A DNA stretch of 64,000 nt, taken from Flavobacteriales bacterium (GTDB taxonomy: Bacteria > Bacteroidota > Bacteroidia > Flavobacteriales_F > PHOS-HE28). The stretch covers positions 437,092 to 501,091 of the forward strand of contig JADJOI010000003.1 of the NCBI GenBank assembly GCA_016713875.1, in the 5' to 3' direction. Positions 57,706 to 64,000 of this stretch are shown here, piece by piece. The translations under genes were made by a program, and so were the position numbers. The stretch's first letter is position 1; each line of letters starts with the position of its first letter. Below the pieces are notes generated by a model. It saw only the letters and a list, made by a program, of their open reading frames with translations, was not told where the DNA came from and ran no database searches.

Positions 57706-57847
57706 GGGGCGAAGAGAGTGGCGCAAAGGTCGCTTGCGCCACGAAGGTGGAACGCGCCGCGAAAGGTGGCTGTCCGTGCTATCCGGGTCCGCGGCATAGG
57801 CTACTTTCGGCAGTATCCTCCTTACCTCTCTCCCAGCTTCCCCGCGA

Positions 57848-58852
57848 ATGAACCCCTCCACATTGCAACAGATCACCGGCACCATCAGCGCCGGTCTCGC
57901 CACGCTGCTTTTCTTCCTACGACTTCTGCCATTCCTAGCTGAATGGGTCAACAAGGAGACGAACAGCGACCGATGGGCGGCACCCGCCGTGAACATCCTC
58001 GCATCCATCTGGGGGCTGATGATGGTCGCGCTGCTCTGCATGACCGCCAGCGGTGGTTTCGACTGGATCCGACTGGGACGCGGCAAGCTCTACCTGCTCA
58101 CCGTAGCTGCTTCGTTCGCGCTGGCGTGCGCTTCCTACCTGTTCATCGGCCTGTATCTCCGCCCCGGCTTCACGCCGCGCGGCCTCTACAGTCCGTTCCT
58201 CTACCTCATCCTGTTCACCACCGTGCTGCTGGTGGTGGTGAGCTTGAACCAGAAGCTCGTGCCCGGAGTGTCCGTGCAATGGTTGCTTCGGCCATGGACG
58301 TGGTTCACCGCCTTGAGCCTTGTGGGCAGCCTGATCTTCTCCGGCAAATGGGTCATCAACAACAGCGGTCGCGGTCTGGCCGACGTCACCACGCGGATCA
58401 TCGTCCTCTTGCCAGCGACCAAAGAAGAGCTCGCCGAGATCGAACGGCTCGATCCGAAGAACGATCTCGAAAAGCTGGTCTGGAAGGCGAGCCTTGTTGA
58501 GAAACCGGCCGTGTGCGAGGCTGCCACGGCTCGCCTGCGTTCGGATCCGGAGTTCCTGGAGCGAATGGCCGCCATGCTGGATTCAGGCTACGCGGAACCT
58601 GCGCTGGCGTTCGTGCGCGATGCGGAGTTGACACCCGAGGAAACATCCCGCTTTGCTCGCCCCACGCTGAACGCCTTGGGGCGCTGGGTGAACAGTGCAG
58701 CCGCGCCCAACTTCACGACGTCGGAGAACCTGAAGCGTACGCGGCGTTGGGGCGATGAGATGTTCCAGGTCCTCCCCGAGAAGTTCGCCGGCACCGGCGT
58801 TGACTTCTCCGAGCTGCAGGGGTGGTACAAGGAGAAGATGGAATTGGAATAG
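57848..58852 (+). CDS. Hypothetical integral membrane protein (5-6 TM N-terminal, about 150-aa soluble C-terminal domain)
   Basis: ORF with clear TM segments. No recognisable motif. First gene of a two-gene cassette. Confidence 0.5.
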   Translation: MNPSTLQQITGTISAGLATLLFFLRLLPFLAEWVNKETNSDRWAAPAVNILASIWGLMMVALLCMTASGGFDWIRLGRGKLYLLTVAASFALACASYLFIGLYLRPGFTPRGLYSPFLYLILFTTVLLVVVSLNQKLVPGVSVQWLLRPWTWFTALSLVGSLIFSGKWVINNSGRGLADVTTRIIVLLPATKEELAEIERLDPKNDLEKLVWKASLVEKPAVCEAATARLRSDPEFLERMAAMLDSGYAEPALAFVRDAELTPEETSRFARPTLNALGRWVNSAAAPNFTTSENLKRTRRWGDEMFQVLPEKFAGTGVDFSELQGWYKEKMELE

Positions 58853-58871
58853 TGGATCCACGCACGGACCG

Positions 58872-60026
58872 ATGACGACCGCCGATCCCTTCCGCCAGCA
58901 GCTCGCGGAATTCCCTGCGCCCTTGCGCGAACTCGTGGAAGCTGAGATCCAGGCAGGCAACAGCATCGTGGCCATCGAGAACGGCTTTCCCGCTGCGCCG
59001 TGCGGAGCTTCCGTGAAACTGGCGAAGGCCGTCCAGGAGGAACACCGGCGATCGATAGGAGAGGTGCGATTCTACGCGCGCAACAACTCCTCCTACGCGG
59101 GCGAATTCACCACCGAGCAACGGCACTTCTTCGTGCTGGAGCCGCCGCTGCCGCCGGAGCCACCGCCGGACATGGACGCCATCCGCAAGGCGCTGCAGCC
59201 GAACCCGGACGTGTTATCTACCTTGTCCCAGCGGGAAGCAGGCTCGGGGGTGGAGTTCGGTAGGGCACTGTTGGATGAGCGCATGGCGGAACAAAAAGCG
59301 AACGCACGGGCACGCGCACTGTCGATCACGGAAACCGCCACCAGCGCGAAACGCCTGCTGCATTTCAACGACCATCGCGCACCGCACGAGATCCAGTTCG
59401 CGCTGGAGCGGGACCTCATGACGCTCTTCGACGCCGCCATGAAGGACGACCGCCTGATCATGACGGCCAGTTCCAAGGTGGTCGGTTCGTGGCATCACTT
59501 CACGCTGCGCTTCGAGGCGGCGATGCCCAACACCAATTGCTATTCGTTGTGCGTGGAGACCTCCTGGGCCGATGCGGCGGCCACGCACCACGACTATTAC
59601 CGGCACACGGCAGGAACGTGGTTCGAGCACTGGACGCGCGATCTCCAGCCCGCCGAACCGCCCGAAGCCGATGAAGGATCAGCCGAGCGCTACCAGAAGA
59701 TCTGCGCCGCATCGATGAACGCCGAAGCACATCTCGATACCGTACCCGCGATCCAACGAACGATCGTGGCGGCAATGAAAAGCGGCGCACGGTTCACCAC
59801 CTCGCACAAGGAGGGTGGCACGAACATCACGTGGAACCATGAGCGTTTCGTGCGCTCCGACTACGGCGATTACCCGGATCACATCACCTACGCGAGCGAG
59901 GCGCACTTCTTGGAAGCGCTGCGGAAATTCTACGACTGGGAGACCTCGCAGAACGTGTACCCGGAAAAGGTCTCGGAGCTGGTGGCGTGGAGGCTGATGC
60001 TAAGGTTGATGCGGGGGTTGCGTTGA
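58872..60026 (+). CDS. Hypothetical soluble protein (385 aa)
   Basis: ORF 19 bp downstream of the membrane protein gene. No motif recognised. Start at MTTADPF. Confidence 0.5.
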   Translation: MTTADPFRQQLAEFPAPLRELVEAEIQAGNSIVAIENGFPAAPCGASVKLAKAVQEEHRRSIGEVRFYARNNSSYAGEFTTEQRHFFVLEPPLPPEPPPDMDAIRKALQPNPDVLSTLSQREAGSGVEFGRALLDERMAEQKANARARALSITETATSAKRLLHFNDHRAPHEIQFALERDLMTLFDAAMKDDRLIMTASSKVVGSWHHFTLRFEAAMPNTNCYSLCVETSWADAAATHHDYYRHTAGTWFEHWTRDLQPAEPPEADEGSAERYQKICAASMNAEAHLDTVPAIQRTIVAAMKSGARFTTSHKEGGTNITWNHERFVRSDYGDYPDHITYASEAHFLEALRKFYDWETSQNVYPEKVSELVAWRLMLRLMRGLR

Positions 60027-60085
60027 CCATTGGGGGGCACAACGGCAGATCGATCCAACTATCTTTGAGCAACACACGAACGAAT

Positions 60086-60337
60086 ATGTCCTTCACCAAT
60101 AAACCCTCGGTGGCCCTCACGCTCGATCAAGTGATGGAGATCGTGGACCAGCTATCCCCGGCTGATACGCTGAAGGTGGCCAAGCACATCAAGAAGAAGA
60201 ACAAGGATGCGGACCTTGATGATCTGATCGCGATCTTCAGCAAGGTGAAGATGAGCGAGAAGGAAATGACGGCTATCGTAGAGGACGTCCGAGCTGAACG
60301 CTATGCCCGCGAGAAAGCGCGTTACGCTGGTCGTTGA
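60086..60337 (+). CDS. Putative antitoxin of the PIN toxin (83 aa)
   Basis: Small basic protein immediately upstream of and overlapping the PIN gene. AT-richer codon usage than the host average. Confidence 0.5.
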   Translation: MSFTNKPSVALTLDQVMEIVDQLSPADTLKVAKHIKKKNKDADLDDLIAIFSKVKMSEKEMTAIVEDVRAERYAREKARYAGR

Positions 60338-60725
60338 TGTCAATGTGTTGGTGAGCATGCTCATCAACCATGACACCGCAGGGATCAAGTGGTTGTTCAA
60401 CAAGCAAGCCTTCCGGGTGATGGTCTCATCCGGATTGTTGGGTGAGTTGGAAGAAGTCCTGATGCGACCGCAGTTCAGGCGCTACCTCACGTTGGCTGAA
60501 GCCGATCGGGCCGTGGATCGGATAGCGAACCGGTCAAGCCTGGTAGAGACTGCCTTCCAAGTGCGCCCCATCTGCCGCGACCCGAAGGACGACTACTTGC
60601 TCGCGCTGGCCAAGAAGGGCAAAGCCGACTTCCTGATCACCGGCGATGACGATCTACTCGTGCTGAAGAAACACGGCAAGACCCGGATCCTGAAACCTGC
60701 TGCATTCAGGAAGGAGTTCTTGTGA
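60303..60725 (+). CDS. PIN-domain toxin (type II toxin-antitoxin system, VapC-like ribonuclease)
   Basis: VVDVNVLVSML N-terminal acidic motif. Conserved Asp residues (DPKDDYL, ITGDDD) of the PIN fold. 140 aa. Confidence 0.75.
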   Translation: MPARKRVTLVVDVNVLVSMLINHDTAGIKWLFNKQAFRVMVSSGLLGELEEVLMRPQFRRYLTLAEADRAVDRIANRSSLVETAFQVRPICRDPKDDYLLALAKKGKADFLITGDDDLLVLKKHGKTRILKPAAFRKEFL

Positions 60726-60744
60726 GCGCCCATGATCAGCGACC

Positions 60745-61470
60745 AACCCGTGCCTTCGGCAGGCAGGTGCGCGATGAGCTGCTGACCTTCTCGCCTTTGC
60801 GTAGCCGCTTCGGCGGAGCAAGGCCGCAAGGAGCCACGACAAGACGCCCTTCCACAACCTGCGGACGCACTCCACGAGCAGCAGCCCCGGGCGGCGACCC
60901 GGGGGAAGCCGCCGAGCGCGGGGTGCCACGGCCAACCTCGTTCCGGCGGCATCGTCCCGGCGCGTCGGGACGACCCTGCGGGCGAGCGTCCTCGTTCGGC
61001 CATCCGGCTCCCGCTGTGTCGGGATGAAACAGTTGCTCCTCGATCGGAGACTTCGCTCCAGTATCCTCACTCGTCGCGCCCCTGCCTGCGGCAGGCAGGT
61101 TGGCTGGCCGAACGATCACCGCTCGTGCCATCCGTTCGAGGTTGGCCGAGGCACCCTTGGAGCACACCCAATGGGCCAAGGATGCCGACCTGCTGCGCCT
61201 TCGCGTAGCCGCTTCGGCGGAGCAAGGCCCACCCTTGCCGCCGAGCATCGACCCCCGGTCCACGAACCGGGGCTGGCCGAGGAGATGGCCGACATTGCAG
61301 GCCGCAGAACTGTCACGTCGGGCGGAGCCGAGACGTACCTCGCACATGACCTGCACGTGGACCTCGAAACCGCCGCCTGCCTCCGGCAGGTAAATGCGCC
61401 AGAAGCTGGTGACCAACGCCGCCAAGTACCCCGTGCCTCGCCAAGCCGTAGCTTCAGCGAAGGCTGGGAA
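60745..61470. repeat. Non-coding repeat-rich region: dispersed short direct repeats and palindromic cctgcc-N1-3-ggcagg hairpins
   Basis: gcgtagccgcttcggcggagcaaggcc at 60800 and 61203. cggcaggcaggt at 60755 and 61088. Perfect 19-nt palindrome cctgcctgcggcaggcagg at 61081-61099. cctgcctccggcagg at 61376-61390. No protein-like ORF. Confidence 0.6.
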
Positions 61471-61586
61471 AAGGCGAAGGGCGTGGCGACGAAGTGGGAT
61501 CGGTTGTAGGTCTTATCGTTCAAGTGTTGGTAAAAGGCTTTCGTCGTTTGATTAGATAGTTCTATACTTGCACAACACATTGTGCG

Positions 61587-61898
61587 TTGGAAGTACATAT
61601 CGATGACAAGAACCTGCTGAAGTTGTACTCCGGGGAGACTCCCAAGAAGCTGCGCGGATTGCCGCCGCAGGTCGTGGAGAAGTTCTTTGCCGCAGTGCAG
61701 GTCCTCATGGCATCCAACAGCATCACCGACATCTGGAAGTTCCCCAGCTACAATTTCGAGAAGCTCAAGACCAAGGGCATCTGTTCAATGCGACTCTCCG
61801 GCAAGTATCGGTTGGAGATGACCGTGCAGTGGACCAACCCCGAGCAGACCATCGGCATCTTCACCCTTACAGCCATCAGCAACCACTACGGCGACTGA
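61587..61898 (+). CDS. higB: HigB-like toxin (RelE/ParE superfamily, 'plasmid maintenance system killer')
   Basis: 103 aa. Pattern K.L.KLY...P......V.....L.AS.I.D........EKLK.KG..S.R....YRL......N.....I....H is characteristic of the HigB family. Immediately upstream of the HTH-XRE gene. Confidence 0.65.
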   Translation: MEVHIDDKNLLKLYSGETPKKLRGLPPQVVEKFFAAVQVLMASNSITDIWKFPSYNFEKLKTKGICSMRLSGKYRLEMTVQWTNPEQTIGIFTLTAISNHYGD

Positions 61899-61937
61899 CC
61901 AGCCTTCCGCAACCACGCATCCCGAACCCTCCGCACC

Positions 61938-63047
61938 ATGGCCAACCTCACCAACATCCGCCCGGCACAGGTCTTTCCACCTGGGTACTTCATCAAGGAC
62001 CAACTGGAACAGCGCCAATGGAATCAGAACGAACTGGCCGAAGTACTGGGCATTACTCCTCGCCATCTAAGCCAAGTGATGAACGGCGAAGCACCGCTCA
62101 ACTACGACCTGGCCATCCAACTCGGACAAGTCTTCGATACCAGCCCGCAGCTTTGGTCGAACCTCTATCTGAGCTATGCAATGTGGAACGAAGAAGCAGA
62201 AGAGGAAGCCAGTGCTACGGAAGTCAAGGCGGGCATCTACGAGCGCATGCCGATCCGCGACATGGTGAAGAAGGGCTGGCTGAAGGAGCCCAAGAATTTG
62301 AAGGATCTCGGGCAGCAAGTGGCCAAGTTCTGGGGAAAGGATGACGCTGACCTGTCCTTCATAGATACGGAGTACTCGCCCTGCCTGAATAGGAGCACCA
62401 CCTCTAAGGCGAACCAGTACAACACCAGCTATGCGCTGACGTGGTACCGCAAGGCGAGCATGTGCGCGGAGAAACGGGAAGTACCTACCTACAACAAGAA
62501 GAAGCTGGAAAGCCTGTATGACAACCTCTACTCGTACACCGCCAAGACAGCGAGCATCAAAGTCTATCTGGAGAAACTTAACGAGTGTGGTGTCAAGTTC
62601 CTCGTGCTGCCCCACTTGGAGAAGACCTATCTCGATGGCGCAGCCTTCAAGCAAGGGAGCAACCCGGTAGTGGTGTATACGGCCCGTTATAAGCGCATCG
62701 ACAGCTTCTGGTTCACGTTGGCGCATGAGATCGCGCATGTGCTGTTGCATCTCGACAAGCAACGCCCGATCATTCTGGATGATCTGCACGAAGGAGAAGC
62801 GACCGAGATGGAGAAGGAAGCGAACGAGTTAGCTGGGGAGAAGCTCCGCCACGCGGAGATCGCAGCCCGCTTCCGTGATTCAGGACAAGTACACCCGAAG
62901 CGGATCGAGGCCTGCGCGCAGCTCTATGGCGTACATCCATCCATCGTAGCGGGCAAGCTGGCACATGATGGATTGGCTGGGTATCGCGTGGTGCAGCGGT
63001 ATAGTGAGGATGTGCTGGGGCATATCCCAAGAAGCTACTTGAACTAG
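61938..63047 (+). CDS. higA: HigA-like antitoxin: N-terminal XRE-family HTH fused to ImmA/IrrE (M78) zinc metallopeptidase domain
   Basis: HTH (QNELAEVLGITPRHLSQVMNGE). HExxH zinc motif in WFTLAHEIAHVLLH. 369 aa. Confidence 0.8.
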   Translation: MANLTNIRPAQVFPPGYFIKDQLEQRQWNQNELAEVLGITPRHLSQVMNGEAPLNYDLAIQLGQVFDTSPQLWSNLYLSYAMWNEEAEEEASATEVKAGIYERMPIRDMVKKGWLKEPKNLKDLGQQVAKFWGKDDADLSFIDTEYSPCLNRSTTSKANQYNTSYALTWYRKASMCAEKREVPTYNKKKLESLYDNLYSYTAKTASIKVYLEKLNECGVKFLVLPHLEKTYLDGAAFKQGSNPVVVYTARYKRIDSFWFTLAHEIAHVLLHLDKQRPIILDDLHEGEATEMEKEANELAGEKLRHAEIAARFRDSGQVHPKRIEACAQLYGVHPSIVAGKLAHDGLAGYRVVQRYSEDVLGHIPRSYLN

Positions 63048-63049
63048 GA

Positions 63050-63477
63050 AGCCGTCACGGGCATCCTCGATGCCGCGCTGGTTACCGCCCACGCTGAAAG
63101 GCTGGCACGGTGGACCACCGATCACGATGTCTGCCTGCGGAAAGTCGAAGCCGACCTCGAGTTTAACAGCGTAGCACTCGCTGCCCAAGTTGTGGCGGCA
63201 GCTGGCGGCCGCCGAGCCTGCCCCGGCCCCAGAGCCGGGGTTCATCTCGAAGCCGATGGTCTTGTAGCCAGCGTCCGCCGTACGGCGGACCAAGGCCAAG
63301 CCACCGCAGCCATGCCTACGCTGAAGCTTCGGCAGGCAGGCCCGCGAACAGGTCCAGCACCACCCGGCCTTTCTCTTCAGTAAGGCGTTGTCTTGGATAG
63401 GCCTCCTCCTCGGTAGGCGCGCCTGCCTGCCGAAGGCAGGGCACCAACAACTCATTGATCTCCTCGATATATCCCAT
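63050..63477 (-). pseudogene. DNA (cytosine-5)-methyltransferase remnant: frameshifted in motif I and truncated after motif IV
   Basis: Motif I is split between two frames (RVVLDLFAG| in one, |CGGLALV in the other, separated by about 31 nt containing cctgcctgccgaag). Motif IV GGPPCQPFSVGGNQRGIEDARDGF is intact. Similarity ends at about 63050, exactly at the 3' end of the higA gene. Confidence 0.6.
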
Positions 63478-63600
63478 CACACGCTGCCAATCTTTTCTTA
63501 GCCGCCATAGCGCTTTGGCGAAGGCGGCTTGGCGATCGGCGTGGTGACAAAGTAAGCTCCGTTGAGATCCATCAACGTTGAGCACCTTTCTTTGAGGAAC

Positions 63601-64000
63601 ATGAAGTTCTGGGCCGGCGTCACCGACAACGATTGGTACACCTTCCTCTCCGCACGCGGGTTGGATGAGGTGAACTTCTGGCGGCCATCGCCGGGGCCTT
63701 ACTTCACGGGCTTGCCAGCGGGAACGCCGTTCCTGTTCAAGTTGAAGGCTCCGAACAACCACATCGCGGGTGGCGGCTTCTTCGTGCAGTACTCATCGCT
63801 TCCGTTGGAAATGGCGTGGGATGCGTTCGGGGAGAAGAACGGTATGCCCACGTTCCGCGACTTCGATCGGAAGATCCGTGATTACCGGAAGCTGCCCAAG
63901 GGACCATTGGAGATGGGTTGCAATGTGCTGGTGCAGCCGTTCTTCTTTCCGAGGGAACGGTGGATCGAATTGCCGACGTGGCCCAAGGCGGTGGTGCAGG
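63601..64000 (+). CDS. Partial ORF (5' part; runs off the window), hypothetical, possibly restriction-associated
   Basis: ATG at 63601. Translation MKFWAGVTDNDWYTFLSARGLDEVNFWRPSPGPYF... stays open to the window end. Divergent from the methyltransferase remnant. Confidence 0.4.
   Translation, partial: MKFWAGVTDNDWYTFLSARGLDEVNFWRPSPGPYFTGLPAGTPFLFKLKAPNNHIAGGGFFVQYSSLPLEMAWDAFGEKNGMPTFRDFDRKIRDYRKLPKGPLEMGCNVLVQPFFFPRERWIELPTWPKAVVQ

Noticed and set aside
60745-61470. CRISPR array
   Set aside because: The repeats are not regularly spaced and not of uniform length, and no cas genes are present.
60030-63500. Chromosomal integron cassette array (TA cassettes separated by attC-like palindromes)
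   Set aside because: No intI integrase. No recognisable R'' / R' (RYYYAAC / GTTRRRY) attC cores at cassette boundaries. The palindromes are short GC hairpins rather than attC structures. Integrons are rare in this phylum.

Overview
High-GC (about 65-70%) chromosomal segment that looks like it comes from a member of the Bacteroidota. The main evidence is several secreted proteins ending in type IX secretion system (T9SS) C-terminal sorting domains, a Bacteroidota-style exopolysaccharide cluster (Wza, Wzc, GT4, RfbC, WecA-like) and an LpxB/SurE arrangement. Gene density is high with many overlapping start/stop codons.

Content in order:
- 0.2-5 kb: a 1021-aa PKD-containing adhesin-like T9SS cargo protein and an S1 trypsin-like protease with a T9SS CTD.
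- 5.4-11 kb: a 1.86-kaa lipoprotein of the bacterial alpha-2-macroglobulin family with a CLEQ thioester motif.
- 11-14.5 kb: two adjacent SPOR-domain envelope proteins.
- 14.6-28.8 kb: a long minus-strand run with LOG, uvrA, a lytic transglycosylase, a WecA-like transferase, rfbC, a Wzc tyrosine autokinase, Wza, a glycosyltransferase, asnB and lpd.
- 31.1-36.8 kb: a plus-strand envelope operon with an MBOAT acyltransferase and a partner, surE, lpxB and a SpoIID/LytB protein.
- 36.9-53.4 kb: further T9SS cargo proteins (Ig-like repeat protein, CotH kinase-like protein, redoxin-fold protein, and a 4-repeat protein interrupted by an in-frame TGA), a class-3 lipase, a ClbS/DfsB protein, a DUF1624 acyltransferase, an MFS transporter and a (CA)15 microsatellite.
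- 53.7-57.7 kb: GNAT, LemA plus DUF2207, and a class V aminotransferase.
- 57.8-64 kb: lower-GC patches and a mosaic accessory island. It holds a two-gene cassette of unknown function (membrane protein plus a 385-aa soluble protein), a PIN-domain toxin/antitoxin pair, a roughly 800-bp non-coding stretch packed with hairpin-containing short repeats, a HigB-like toxin with an HTH-XRE/ImmA (M78) peptidase-fusion antitoxin, a frameshifted and truncated DNA cytosine-5 methyltransferase pseudogene, and a partial divergent ORF that may be restriction-associated.

No rRNA, tRNA, CRISPR array, transposase or integrase was recognised. Many long ORFs in the six-frame track (for example 16182..18521+, 10977..14564+, 20984..23386+, 6526..8406+) are antisense artefacts of high-GC coding DNA and are not reported as genes.
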